The notes: generated by a model from the letters alone, not told the origin. 57,302 bases of DNA from an uncultured Candidatus Saccharibacteria bacterium (GCA_964652615.1 CAZZAT010000003.1:1-57302), one strand, 5' to 3'; shown: positions 29,628-39,190, counted from the first letter of the stretch. Numbers and translations: made by a program.

Positions 29628-31544
29628 ATGACCGTCTCTGAAGTACGAAAGCGCTATCTCGACTTCTTCGCAAAGCGAGGTCATGTCGTTATTCCTTCAG
29701 CGCCTATCGTGCCAGGAAATGATCCGACAACACTCTTCACTTCGTCAGGCATGCAGCCGTTGCTGCCGTACTTTCTTGGTAAAGATCACCCAGAAGGAAA
29801 GCGCGTTGTGAACTCGCAGATGAGTTTTCGCGCAGGCGATATAGAAGAGGTGGGCGATAACCGACATACGACCTTCTTTGAAATGCTCGGAAACTGGTCC
29901 TTCGGAGACTACTTCAAGCAGGAACAGCTCTCATGGGTATTTGAATTCCTTACTTCAAAAGAAGAAGGGCTGGGACTTTCTCCGGAAAATCTGTATGTAA
30001 CTGTCTTTGCAGGAGACACAGATGCCGGCATGGGCGAAGACACAGAAGCAGTAGCGCTTTGGAAGGAATTGTTTACTGCAAAGGGCATTAGTGCCGAATA
30101 CGCGAATATCGGAAGCGAAGAAGCAGGATACGAGAAAGGTATGCAGGGCGCTCGCATCTTTGCATACGACGCTAAGAAAAACTGGTGGAGCCGTGCAGGC
30201 GTTCCTAAAAACATGCCTGCAGGGGAACCTGGAGGTCCTGACTCGGAGATTTTCTACGACTTCGGCACATCCCATGATGCGAGGTGGGGGAAGGAGTGCC
30301 ATCCAAACTGCGACTGCGGACGTTTTGTTGAGATTGGAAACTCGGTGTTCATGCAGTTTCTTAAAAATGAAGACGGAAGCTTTTCAGAGCTTCCCAAAAA
30401 GAACGTCGATTTTGGAGGAGGACTGGAGCGCCTTGCCTTTGCAACACTTGGAACTGCAGATGCTTTTTTGATTGATGTATTTGACGGAGCGCGCAGCGTG
30501 CTTGAAGAGAAAACAGGAAAGAAATATGGAGAAGATGAGGCGTCTACGCGCTCAATGCGCATCATTCTAGACCATATGCGCGCAGCTTCCTTTATGCTCG
30601 CAGAAGGCATCGTCCCTTCAAACACTGAAGCAGGATATGTGCTTCGCCGCCTTATACGCCGCTCCATACGAGAAGCTGATAGGCTTGGTGTACAAGAGGC
30701 GCTTTTGGGAGATGTGGCGGAAGGGTATGCGAAGGTATATGCAGACCACTATCCGCATATTAAAGAAGCGGCAGAAAAGATACGCGAAGAGCTTTCTAAA
30801 GAAGAGGAGCGCTTCCGGAAGACACTTGCGACAGGCTTGAAGGAGTTTGAGAAGCTCGCATCTGAAGGCTCTATTTCTCCAGAAAGTGCCTTTACCCTCG
30901 CTACCACCTACGGTTTCCCTGTTGAATTAACAGAGGAGATAGCAAAGGAGCGAGGACTCTCTATTGATCTTGAAGCGGTGAAAGCGAAGATGAAAGAACA
31001 TCAGGATGCATCTCGTGCCGGTGCTGCGCAGAAGTTTGCGGGAGGACTGGCAGATCATAGCGAGCAGACCGTGCGCTATCACACCACGCACCACATACTC
31101 CTTAAAGCGCTTCAAATGGTACTTGGAGAGGAGGTGAAGCAGCGCGGCAGCAACATTACGGCAGAACGCCTTCGCATTGACTTTGCTTCTCCTGCAAAGA
31201 TGACGGATGAGCAGAAGAAAGAGGTTGAGAAGATAGTGAATGACGTCATATATCAAGACCTCCCAGTAACGCGTACTGTTATGCCCCGAGAAGAAGCAGA
31301 GAAGCTTGGCGCGCAGATGGAGTTTGGGGTGAAGTATCCAGATATGGTGTCCGTATATTCAGTGGGTCCTGTTCATGCAACAGAAGAGTTGCCGGATATT
31401 CCAAACGCATTCTCCCTTGAGTTTTGTGGAGGGCCGCATGTAGGGAATACGTCAGAAATACATAAAGGAGGAAAGCGCTTTACGATACAGAAAGAAGAAG
31501 CGGTAGCTGCGGGGGTGCGTAGGATTAAGGGGGTGGTGGGGTAA
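29628..31544 (+). CDS. alaS: alanine--tRNA ligase lacking the C-Ala domain
   Basis: TLFTSSGMQP, HTTFFEMLGNWSFGDYFK, editing HTTHH and CGGPH; stops right after GVRRI. Confidence 0.97.
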   Translation: MTVSEVRKRYLDFFAKRGHVVIPSAPIVPGNDPTTLFTSSGMQPLLPYFLGKDHPEGKRVVNSQMSFRAGDIEEVGDNRHTTFFEMLGNWSFGDYFKQEQLSWVFEFLTSKEEGLGLSPENLYVTVFAGDTDAGMGEDTEAVALWKELFTAKGISAEYANIGSEEAGYEKGMQGARIFAYDAKKNWWSRAGVPKNMPAGEPGGPDSEIFYDFGTSHDARWGKECHPNCDCGRFVEIGNSVFMQFLKNEDGSFSELPKKNVDFGGGLERLAFATLGTADAFLIDVFDGARSVLEEKTGKKYGEDEASTRSMRIILDHMRAASFMLAEGIVPSNTEAGYVLRRLIRRSIREADRLGVQEALLGDVAEGYAKVYADHYPHIKEAAEKIREELSKEEERFRKTLATGLKEFEKLASEGSISPESAFTLATTYGFPVELTEEIAKERGLSIDLEAVKAKMKEHQDASRAGAAQKFAGGLADHSEQTVRYHTTHHILLKALQMVLGEEVKQRGSNITAERLRIDFASPAKMTDEQKKEVEKIVNDVIYQDLPVTRTVMPREEAEKLGAQMEFGVKYPDMVSVYSVGPVHATEELPDIPNAFSLEFCGGPHVGNTSEIHKGGKRFTIQKEEAVAAGVRRIKGVVG

Positions 31545-31620
31545 CTTCTGTTTCAAGAATAGAAATATGCTTTATTTATTGAATATTTTCAATCTGCATT
31601 CTTCATCTCCGTAAAAACAC

Positions 31621-31649
31621 TTGACAAATCTTTACACATCTGATACAGT
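31621..31649 (+). promoter_or_regulatory. sigma70-type promoter
   Basis: TTGACA-17 nt-TACAGT. Confidence 0.6.
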
Positions 31650-31722
31650 ACTGGCAGATGTACGAGCGGGCTAGTCGAACTAGGGGTCTCTTCCCAGTTC
31701 AATTAGTTTCTCGGAGAGGTTT

Positions 31723-31827
31723 ATGACGAGGCTAAATCGCAGGAATTGGAGCCCTGCACGGCAGATTAGTGCCAAAAAGGATCCTTGCCTCGAAACAAAA
31801 CCCAAGCCGTCTCCTTCGAACTACTGA
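31723..31827 (+). CDS. putative small basic protein (34 aa)
   Basis: SD GGAGAGG, MTRLNRRNWSPARQISAKKDPCLETKPKPSPSNY; overlapped by a terminator hairpin. Confidence 0.4.
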   Translation: MTRLNRRNWSPARQISAKKDPCLETKPKPSPSNY

Positions 31828-31848
31828 GGGGGGCGGCTTTCTCTTTAT
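31803..31848 (+). terminator. intrinsic terminator
   Basis: AAGCCGTCTCCTTC-gaactact-GAGGGGGGCGGCTT followed by a pyrimidine-rich run. Confidence 0.6.
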
Positions 31849-31866
31849 TTAGTATACTATTTCCAC

Positions 31867-32976
31867 ATGTTCTCTTTCGGGAAAAATAAGATAAGAAATA
31901 TCGCCGTCGTTGATCTTGGTTCAACGTCAGTAGGCGCTGCATATGCAACCTACTCCGGTGTTGCTTCTCCCACTACCGTCTTTTCTGTACGCCTGCCGGT
32001 AGAAGCGTACGGTACAGGCACCACGGGAGCTTTACGTACTCTTGATGCAGTCGCAAAAGAAATGACCGCTAAAGGCGCTACCCGCCTTCACGAAGCAACA
32101 GGAAGTGGTGCCATAGAAGAGGTGGTGGTTCTCATTGAAAGTCCTTGGCAGACTTCAAAGCTCTCTGTCTCCACAATTACCAAAGAAAAGCCCTTCCTCT
32201 TCACTAAAAACCTCCTTTCGGAAGCAATGCCAGAAAAAGGTAGGGCAACCGTAGTGGCTACGGTCTTGAATGGATACGAGACTTTAGAACCTGTGGGGAA
32301 ACAGGCTTCGAGAGCTGAAATAGCCGTGCTCTCCTCTCATATAGATCCTGAAGTAGAGCGCCTCACAAAACGAGCCGTGCGAAGCTTCACGGGAGCCGCT
32401 CCACTGCGCTATGTCGCCTTTGCTGATGCGGTGCCGCAAGTACTAAAGGACTTCTTCCCTCATGAACGAGAGTTTCTCGCGCTTTCAATTGGAGAAACCA
32501 CGACTGATGTTGCGTTTATAAAGCAAGGACATCTTGCAGGCTTTGAAACTGCTCCTGCAGGCTCTGCAGGCTTCTACGCTTCAGCAAAAAGTGCGGGCGT
32601 TTCGGCTCGAGGTGTTGTGGACGGCATCATAGATACTGAAAAGAACAGCATGCTTCAAAAGCGCGTTGAAGAGGCAACAGCGCTTTGGGTGCAGACAATG
32701 CGCGATACACTACTTACTGTTGCCGCTGAAGGCGCTCTCCCGCGCACGCTGTTTGTCTTTTGCGATGAACGTACGCTTCCTCTGTTTAAGCGTCTCTTGG
32801 ATGCGTCTGAACTGCATACGCTCTGGCTTTCTGATGAACCGCTTTCTATTATTCCGATGAACAAGGCGAGCCTTGCGGCGTCAGTCCAAAAACTGGATGA
32901 GCGCGTAGAGAACGATCCAATACTCGACCTCCTCTGTTTATTATCGCGAGTGGACACCCGCAAAATGGTATACTAG
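31867..32976 (+). CDS. actin-fold (FtsA/PilM-like) hypothetical protein
   Basis: IAVVDLGSTSV and LALSIGETTTDV resemble the two phosphate-loop strands of ASKHA proteins, with the second degenerate. Confidence 0.6.
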   Translation: MFSFGKNKIRNIAVVDLGSTSVGAAYATYSGVASPTTVFSVRLPVEAYGTGTTGALRTLDAVAKEMTAKGATRLHEATGSGAIEEVVVLIESPWQTSKLSVSTITKEKPFLFTKNLLSEAMPEKGRATVVATVLNGYETLEPVGKQASRAEIAVLSSHIDPEVERLTKRAVRSFTGAAPLRYVAFADAVPQVLKDFFPHEREFLALSIGETTTDVAFIKQGHLAGFETAPAGSAGFYASAKSAGVSARGVVDGIIDTEKNSMLQKRVEEATALWVQTMRDTLLTVAAEGALPRTLFVFCDERTLPLFKRLLDASELHTLWLSDEPLSIIPMNKASLAASVQKLDERVENDPILDLLCLLSRVDTRKMVY

Positions 32977-32981
32977 CGCGT

Positions 32982-34238
32982 ATGCCGAAAACCATCACTG
33001 ATATCATTCCTCCTTCAAGGAGACGAGCTATGGGAGAAGGGGAGGTGCCTGTTTCTCCTGCTATGAACGATATGAGCGTACCGCCCCCTCCGCCTCCTCG
33101 CTTCTCCACACCAAAACGCGAAGGTTCATTTCCTTTCAAATGGCTCTTTGCCGCTCTTGGCGTCATTATTCTTTCGGTTATTGCACTCTTTGCGTTTGGC
33201 GGCGCAAAAGTAGAAGCAACCCCTACCGCAAAGCCTGCTACCGTATCCGCTTCTTTCTCTGCCACCCCTTCAGCAGGGGATTTGCCGTATCAGATAATCA
33301 CGGCAGAGGCTTCAGTTTCGCTCTCTGTTAAGGCTGAAGGCACTGAATCGGTTGATGTCCCTGCTCAAGGCACTATTACTATCTTCAATGAGCAGACGAA
33401 GACGCAGGAACTCATCAATAACACCCGTTTTGAGACCTCTGACGGCCTTATCTTCCGCATTCGCGAGTCAGTGCGCGTTCCTCCAGGAACCGCCGAGGCT
33501 CCAGGAAAACTTGAAGTTACCGCCTATGCAGACGTAGGAGGAGACCGCTATAACATTGGTCCTTCTTCCTTCACCCTTCCAGGGCTTCGCGGCTCTGCCG
33601 TCTATGAGCAGGTATACGCAACCTCTGAAACAGGTATGAAGGGCGGCTTCACCGGCACGAGAGCATCTGTTGCAGAAACAACACGCACAGCAAAGTACGA
33701 AGAGATGCGTCCTGAAATTGATGCGGGACTCTCTGAAGCGGTTCTCGCAAAAATTCCTGCAGGCTACACTCTCCTTGAGGGCGCAACCTTCATCGACTAC
33801 ATCGCAGAACCTGATGGTGAAGCGGCAAGCGACTCTGTAGCACTTCGCGAGCGCGGTGTTGCAACTGCTGTTGTCTTTCCAACTGAAGCGCTTGCACGCG
33901 CTATCGCCTTCTCCTCTCTTGGCGTGTATGGCGGCCAGCCCGTAACACTCCTTTCTTCAGAGGGCCTTACCTACGCCTCTGAAGGAGGGGTACGTCCCGT
34001 TGCGGGCGAGACAATGAACTTCACCCTCACCGGAGAAGCAACGGTTGTCTGGATAATCAGCCCTGATGAAATACGCGGTGCAATTGCAGGAAAGTCGAGA
34101 GATGCCGCTAAAACCCTTCTTTCAGGATTCTCGGAAATAGACGAGGCACGGCTTGTATTGAAGCCTTTCTGGAAGGGAACGTTGCCTGAAGACCCCTCTG
34201 AAATCGAGGTCGTAGTTAAGGGTCCTCGGGTCAACTAA
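32982..34238 (+). CDS. membrane-anchored protein with baseplate J/gp47-like domain
   Basis: Pro-rich N-terminus, single TM, GTITIFN...NTRF...GLIFR...LEVTAYADVGGDRYNI...GG pattern typical of baseplate-J-like domains. Confidence 0.6.
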   Translation: MPKTITDIIPPSRRRAMGEGEVPVSPAMNDMSVPPPPPPRFSTPKREGSFPFKWLFAALGVIILSVIALFAFGGAKVEATPTAKPATVSASFSATPSAGDLPYQIITAEASVSLSVKAEGTESVDVPAQGTITIFNEQTKTQELINNTRFETSDGLIFRIRESVRVPPGTAEAPGKLEVTAYADVGGDRYNIGPSSFTLPGLRGSAVYEQVYATSETGMKGGFTGTRASVAETTRTAKYEEMRPEIDAGLSEAVLAKIPAGYTLLEGATFIDYIAEPDGEAASDSVALRERGVATAVVFPTEALARAIAFSSLGVYGGQPVTLLSSEGLTYASEGGVRPVAGETMNFTLTGEATVVWIISPDEIRGAIAGKSRDAAKTLLSGFSEIDEARLVLKPFWKGTLPEDPSEIEVVVKGPRVN

Positions 34239-34245
34239 GGCCATT

Positions 34246-34274
34246 TGACGCTTAGTAAAGCTCTTGGTAGAGTA
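34246..34274 (+). promoter_or_regulatory. promoter of the infA-alpha operon
   Basis: TTGACG-17 nt-TAGAGT. Confidence 0.55.
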
Positions 34275-34290
34275 GTCTCATACGCTTCAC

Positions 34291-34527
34291 ATGGAAGAAG
34301 AGAAAGCGCAAGGAACGGTAGTAGGCACCGTCGAAGAGGTGTTGCCAAATTCGTTGTTCCGCGTCCGCCTACCATCTCCTGAAGGAGAAGGTGAAGGACA
34401 ATTGCTCTTGGCATATCTTGCAGGGAAGATGCGTCTCCACCGAATTCGCGTACTTGTAGGCGATTCAGTGGAACTTGTCACCGATCCTTACGGGGGTCGT
34501 GCCCGCATTGTGAGGCGTCTATCTTAA
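34291..34527 (+). CDS. infA: translation initiation factor IF-1
   Basis: [32 protein letters not shown]. Confidence 0.96.
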   Translation: MEEEKAQGTVVGTVEEVLPNSLFRVRLPSPEGEGEGQLLLAYLAGKMRLHRIRVLVGDSVELVTDPYGGRARIVRRLS

Positions 34528-34535
34528 CTACACAC

Positions 34536-34652
34536 ATGAAGGTCAGAGCGAGCATCAAGAACCAGCAAACGGGGGACAAGCTAGTCCGCCGCGGTGGTCG
34601 CTTGTACCGCATCAATAAGCTCAAGCCGCGCCGCAAAGCGCGTCAGGGTTAA
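34536..34652 (+). CDS. rpmJ: 50S ribosomal protein L36, zinc-ligand-free
   Basis: Manual translation MKVRASIKNQQTGDKLVRRGGRLYRINKLKPRRKARQG; canonical position between infA and rpsM. Confidence 0.95.
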   Translation: MKVRASIKNQQTGDKLVRRGGRLYRINKLKPRRKARQG

Positions 34653-34670
34653 TTTTCATACTGTTATCCT

Positions 34671-35051
34671 ATGCGTATCGCCGGCGTTACCATTCCAGAC
34701 GACAAGCAGCTCTTCTACGCGCTGCCGCAGATCTTTGGTATTGGTCCAAAGCGCGCTAAGGATATTTTGAAGGAAGCAAAGGTTGATGGCACACGCAAAG
34801 GAAGCGAGCTTTCAGCTGATGAGGAGCAGAGCGTACGCGCACTTGCCGAGGCATACCTTATTGAAGGTGAACTCCGCCGCGAAATCGCACAGAACGTAAA
34901 GCGTCTTAAGGATATTGGTGCTGCTCGTGGCGTACGCCATACCCGCCGCCTTCCGGTAAAGAACCAGCGCACGAAGACGAACTCACGCACAGTTCGTGGC
35001 AATACGCGCAAGACCATGGGTTCAGGCCGTAGAACGCTTGAGAAGACTTAA
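34671..35051 (+). CDS. rpsM: 30S ribosomal protein S13
   Basis: MRIAGVTIP, IFGIG, LPVKNQRTKTNSRT. Confidence 0.98.
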   Translation: MRIAGVTIPDDKQLFYALPQIFGIGPKRAKDILKEAKVDGTRKGSELSADEEQSVRALAEAYLIEGELRREIAQNVKRLKDIGAARGVRHTRRLPVKNQRTKTNSRTVRGNTRKTMGSGRRTLEKT

Positions 35052-35065
35052 TTTGATATACAGCT

Positions 35066-35500
35066 ATGGGTAAGAAACGAATCATCAAGAAAAGCGGCAA
35101 GGGTCTCGATCAGGGACGCAAAGACCGTGCACTCTCGAAAATCTCGAAGAAGCGCATCGAGAAGGGTGTTCTTCATGTGCAGGCTACCTTCAATAACACC
35201 AAGGTGGTGTTGACCGACGAAAAGGGCAACGCGATTATGTCCTCTTCTTCTGGTGCGCTTGGCTTCTCGGGTGCTCGCAAATCGACTCCGTACGCAGCAA
35301 CTAAGGTAGGAGAGCTTCTTGGCGAAAAAGCAATGACGATTGGTCTTAAGGAAGCTTCTGTTGTTATCCGCGGCGTAGGGGCTGGACGCGAGTCTGCACT
35401 TCGCGGCTTTTCGTCAAAGGGTATTGCTATCCGTTCCATTAAGGACGCAACACCAATCCCGCACAATGGTCCTCGTGCGCCTAAGCCTCGTCGCGTCTAA
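35066..35500 (+). CDS. rpsK: 30S ribosomal protein S11
   Basis: HVQATFNNT, KSTPYAA, GAGRESA, PIPHNGPRAPKPRRV. Confidence 0.98.
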   Translation: MGKKRIIKKSGKGLDQGRKDRALSKISKKRIEKGVLHVQATFNNTKVVLTDEKGNAIMSSSSGALGFSGARKSTPYAATKVGELLGEKAMTIGLKEASVVIRGVGAGRESALRGFSSKGIAIRSIKDATPIPHNGPRAPKPRRV

Positions 35501-35508
35501 TATTACCT

Positions 35509-36123
35509 ATGAAAACTATTTCCAAGTACAAGCTCGCTAAGCGTCTCGGCCCTTCTATTTTCGAGAAGACCCAGTCGCAGAAGTTTGCCCTCTCGGCAGA
35601 GCGCTCCGCGAAGAATAAGCGCGGAGGCCGCGGCCGTGGCGCATCTGAATACGGCAAGCAGCTCTTGGAAAAGCAGAAGGTGCGCGTTACGTACGGCCTT
35701 TCAGAGCGCCAGTTCCGCAACTATGTGGAGCGCGCAATGGCCATTAAGGGCAAGAGTCCGGTTGAGGCGCTTCACGAGTCGCTTGAGATGCGCCTTGATA
35801 ACCTCGTGTACCGCATTGGCCTTGCGTCAACGCGACGCGCGGCGCGCCAGATGGTTTCGCATGGACACATCACTGTTGATGGTACGAAAACAACTATCCC
35901 ATCAAGACGGGTGTATCCGGGCGACGTCATTGCGGTTCGTGAAGGCTCTAAAGGAGCAAGCCTCTTTACCTCGTTTGCCGAGAAGTTTGCGGAACGTCCG
36001 CTTCCTTCGTGGCTCTCTTTCGATGCGAAAGCAATGAAAGGGGAGGTGAAGGTGCTTCCAACAGTAGAGTCTGCGGACCCAGCAGGAGACCTCGTCACGG
36101 TTATTTCGTTCTACTCCCGCTAA
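35509..36123 (+). CDS. rpsD: 30S ribosomal protein S4
   Basis: SEYGKQLLEKQKVR, LEMRLDNLVYR, ARQMVSHGH. Confidence 0.98.
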   Translation: MKTISKYKLAKRLGPSIFEKTQSQKFALSAERSAKNKRGGRGRGASEYGKQLLEKQKVRVTYGLSERQFRNYVERAMAIKGKSPVEALHESLEMRLDNLVYRIGLASTRRAARQMVSHGHITVDGTKTTIPSRRVYPGDVIAVREGSKGASLFTSFAEKFAERPLPSWLSFDAKAMKGEVKVLPTVESADPAGDLVTVISFYSR

Positions 36124-36150
36124 TTTACAAACGGTAACTACGATTGAGTT

Positions 36151-37092
36151 ATGGACTACCAAATTACTTTGCCTTCTAAGCCCCGCGTCGTCTCTGAAGA
36201 CGGCTTGCAGGGTATTTACGAAATTGACTCCCTCTATCCTGGCTACGGCCATACCTTGGGGAACAGTCTTCGCCGCATCATCCTTTCTTCGCTTTCAGGC
36301 GCAGCTATTACCTCAGTAAAGATTGAGGACGTACAGCATGAGTTTGCCTCTATCGAGGGCATGCGCGAGTCGGTTATGGAGCTTCTCTTGAACCTTCGTC
36401 GCGTACACTTTGTCCTTCATGGCGATGAGCCACAGACGATAAAACTTAAGGTGTCTGGCCCAAAGAATGTTGTTGCAGGCGACCTTTCTATGCCGTCGCA
36501 AGTATCTGTTGCAAACCCAGATGCTCATCTCTGCGAGCTCTCGGGAAAGAACGGACTTGAACTTGAAGCGACTATTGAGCGCGGCCTAGGCTACGTGCCT
36601 CGCGAAGTTCTCACTAAAGAAAAGGTGGACATTGGCACCATCGCGCTTGATGCAACCTTCACGCCAATTCGCCGCGTGAACTACGAGGTAGAGAACATGC
36701 GCGTTGGAGACCGCACTGACTTCAACCGCCTTCGTGTTCTCATTGAAACCAACGGCACCATGGCGCCGCGCGAAGCTCTTGAGAAGTCTATCGAAATTAT
36801 GATTCACCAGTTGAAGTCTGTTGTTGGCTTCCAGGAAGAGGAGGTAGCGCAAGCTTCTGAAGCTTCAAATACAACCTTCTCTGGAAAAGATCCAGCAAAG
36901 ATGAAGCTTGAGGATCTTGAACTTTCAACCCGTACCATCTCTGCACTCACCGAAGGCGGTGTGAAGAGTGTTGCTGGCCTTCTTCGCAAGTCAGAGTCTT
37001 CTTTGAAGGAGCTTGACGGCGTAGGCGACAAGGCGATTGAGGAAATCAATGCCGCACTTATGGGCCTTGGCCTCTCCCTAAAGGGCGAATAA
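36151..37092 (+). CDS. rpoA: RNA polymerase subunit alpha
   Basis: PGYGHTLGNSLRRIILSS, ERGLGY, VGDRTDF, alpha-CTD. Confidence 0.98.
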   Translation: MDYQITLPSKPRVVSEDGLQGIYEIDSLYPGYGHTLGNSLRRIILSSLSGAAITSVKIEDVQHEFASIEGMRESVMELLLNLRRVHFVLHGDEPQTIKLKVSGPKNVVAGDLSMPSQVSVANPDAHLCELSGKNGLELEATIERGLGYVPREVLTKEKVDIGTIALDATFTPIRRVNYEVENMRVGDRTDFNRLRVLIETNGTMAPREALEKSIEIMIHQLKSVVGFQEEEVAQASEASNTTFSGKDPAKMKLEDLELSTRTISALTEGGVKSVAGLLRKSESSLKELDGVGDKAIEEINAALMGLGLSLKGE

Positions 37093-37099
37093 CGAATAT

Positions 37100-37450
37100 A
37101 TGCCGCAGCGACCCTCACATCGTTCATTTGGAAGACCAGCAAGCCAGCGCAAGGCGCTCTTGAAGGGCTTGATGCGCTCACTCGTTATCCACGAGCGTAT
37201 TTCAACCACTGAAGCAAAGGCGAAAGAAATTCGCCCCCTTATCGAGAAGCTTGTGACGCGCGCACGCACCGATACGGTTGCAAACCGCCGTCTTGCAGCT
37301 TCACGTCTTGGAGATGCTGAAGTTGTTGCAAAGCTCTTCACGACGATTGCGCCCCGCTATAAGAACCGCGAAGGCGGCTACACGCGCATCGTGAAGCGTG
37401 TCGTTAAGGCTGATGGACGCAAGAATGCGTACATTGCATTCGTAAAATAA
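37100..37450 (+). CDS. rplQ: 50S ribosomal protein L17
   Basis: ERISTTEAKAKE, REGGYTRI. Confidence 0.97.
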   Translation: MPQRPSHRSFGRPASQRKALLKGLMRSLVIHERISTTEAKAKEIRPLIEKLVTRARTDTVANRRLAASRLGDAEVVAKLFTTIAPRYKNREGGYTRIVKRVVKADGRKNAYIAFVK

Positions 37451-37452
37451 GT

Positions 37453-37860
37453 ATGGCAACGTCAAACCGCATGCATAAAGATGACCGCAACCGCATCGAC
37501 CACAAGGTCGCTCACGTCGAGTACACTATCGACGCTAAAGGCCGTACCCTAGGACGCGTTGCTTCAGAAGCTGCTTCAGCCTTGCTTGGCAAGAAGTCGG
37601 TTCACTTTGTAAAGAACAAGGTGCTTCCGATGACCGTGACTATCACAAACGCTTCCAAGCTTTCTCTTTCCGAGAAGCGTACAAAAGAGAAGTCCTACTC
37701 CCGCTATACGGGCTACCCAGGAGGCTTGAAGCACATAACGCTTGCTGAACTTAAGGATAAGAAGGGTATTGCAGCTGTCCTTAAGAAAACCGTTGACGGC
37801 ATGCTCCCACGCAACATGCTTCGCAAGGAGCGCATGAAGCGTCTTGTTATAACCGACTAA
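37453..37860 (+). CDS. rplM: 50S ribosomal protein L13
   Basis: IDAKGRTLGRVAS, YTGYPGG, GMLPRN. Confidence 0.97.
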   Translation: MATSNRMHKDDRNRIDHKVAHVEYTIDAKGRTLGRVASEAASALLGKKSVHFVKNKVLPMTVTITNASKLSLSEKRTKEKSYSRYTGYPGGLKHITLAELKDKKGIAAVLKKTVDGMLPRNMLRKERMKRLVITD

Positions 37861-37864
37861 TCCT

Positions 37865-38263
37865 ATGCCTGAACTCGCCTACACCACCGCCGTTGGACGC
37901 CGTAAGACCGCTACTGCACGCGTAAAACTCACCCCTGCAGGGAAAATGAGCGTTACCGTTAACGGAAAGCCTGCTGATGAATACTTCAAGACAGGAGAGC
38001 GCCAAGCACGCACTCGTGACGCTTTCCATGTTGATGGCGTTGAAGGAACGTTTGAAGTGATGGCACAGGTTTCTGGAGGCGGTCCTTCTGCACAGGCTGA
38101 AGCTATTCGCATGGCTATCGCACGTGCGCTTGAGAAGGGAAATGCAGGTCTTCGAAAGCCTTTGAAGGCGGCAGGGTACCTAAAGCGCGACCCACGTGCT
38201 GTAGAGCGCAAGAAACCAGGTCTTTTGAAGGCTCGCAAGCGTCCAAGCTGGTCGAAGCGTTAA
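37865..38263 (+). CDS. rpsI: 30S ribosomal protein S9
   Basis: GRRKTATARV, GGGPSAQAEAIR, RDPRAVERKKPG, SKR. Confidence 0.98.
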   Translation: MPELAYTTAVGRRKTATARVKLTPAGKMSVTVNGKPADEYFKTGERQARTRDAFHVDGVEGTFEVMAQVSGGGPSAQAEAIRMAIARALEKGNAGLRKPLKAAGYLKRDPRAVERKKPGLLKARKRPSWSKR

Positions 38264-38269
38264 ACAAGA

Positions 38270-38302
38270 AAAAAAACACCGCAGATACCTGCGGTTTTTT
38301 TC
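38270..38302. terminator. bidirectional terminator
   Basis: A-run, ACCGCAG-atac-CTGCGGT, T-run. Confidence 0.8.
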
Positions 38303-38311
38303 TAATGCTGT

Positions 38312-38581
38312 TTACGAAAGCTTATCCAGCACTGACTCAATCATGGTTATATTTCCTGCATTTCCTTGCGGAAGTTCCCCTTCTTTCGCGAAGCCTAGGT
38401 ACGCACGCAATTTCTCTACTCTCTTTTGACGTGCTTCGCCGTTAAGGCCTTGTATCTTTGCAACAGCATCATCTACGCTTTTTTCTCCAACAACGGTCAT
38501 TGCAGCAATTGACGCGGAGATAATGGCACCCTCTCTATCCGTACCTTTTTCCTGCTTCCTTGGAAAAGCATTAAATCCCAT
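38312..38581 (-). CDS. hypothetical protein (89 aa)
   Basis: Fills the rpsI-grpE gap and ends at the terminator; possible SD AGGAG upstream. Confidence 0.5.
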   Translation of the reverse strand: MGFNAFPRKQEKGTDREGAIISASIAAMTVVGEKSVDDAVAKIQGLNGEARQKRVEKLRAYLGFAKEGELPQGNAGNITMIESVLDKLS

Positions 38582-38653
38582 ATGCGCACATGGTACTCCT
38601 AAAAACGGCTTCCATTTTGACTCTGTTGATAACTTCAGGCATAGTCTTACGTA

Positions 38654-39190
38654 ATGGACAGAGATGACGATGTGGTCGTAGAGGCAGACGGCTCTGAAGA
38701 ACTTTCGCACGATGACGCAGGAGAAGCGTCGGGGAAAGTCGCTAAGCTAAAGAAAGAGCTTGAGACGGTAAAGAAGGAGAAGCAGGAGTACTTGGATGGC
38801 TGGCAAAGGGCAAAGGCAGACTATGTAAATGCGCTGAAGCGTTTTGACGAGGAAAAGAAAGGTGCTGTTGAAATGGGTAAAGTGCTCACCATAGGTGCTT
38901 TCTTGCCGGTCATGGATTCACTCTCACGTGCAGAGGCTTCAGGAGAGATACCCGAAGCATTCCAAGGCATTGCAAAGCAGCTCCATACTGCAGCTCATGC
39001 ACTGAGCCTTACGAAGATTGGGGAAGTGGGAGAGAAGTTTGATCCTGTGCTTCACGAAGCACTCGGCCAAGATACGGCTGCATCAGAAGATGAAGACGAC
39101 ACCATTTCCGCAGTGCTTGAGGTTGGATGGAAATCAAAGAATGCGGTGATTCGTCCGGCGAAGGTGCGGGTGGCGCATATTGGAGGATAG
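38654..39190 (+). CDS. grpE: nucleotide exchange factor GrpE
   Basis: WQRAKADYVN, GEKFDPVLHEA, VIRPAKVRV. Confidence 0.96.
   Translation: MDRDDDVVVEADGSEELSHDDAGEASGKVAKLKKELETVKKEKQEYLDGWQRAKADYVNALKRFDEEKKGAVEMGKVLTIGAFLPVMDSLSRAEASGEIPEAFQGIAKQLHTAAHALSLTKIGEVGEKFDPVLHEALGQDTAASEDEDDTISAVLEVGWKSKNAVIRPAKVRVAHIGG

Noticed and set aside
32982-34238. Prophage or tailocin remnant
   Set aside because: No other phage structural, lysis or integration genes; the gene is TM-anchored and lies among core genes.
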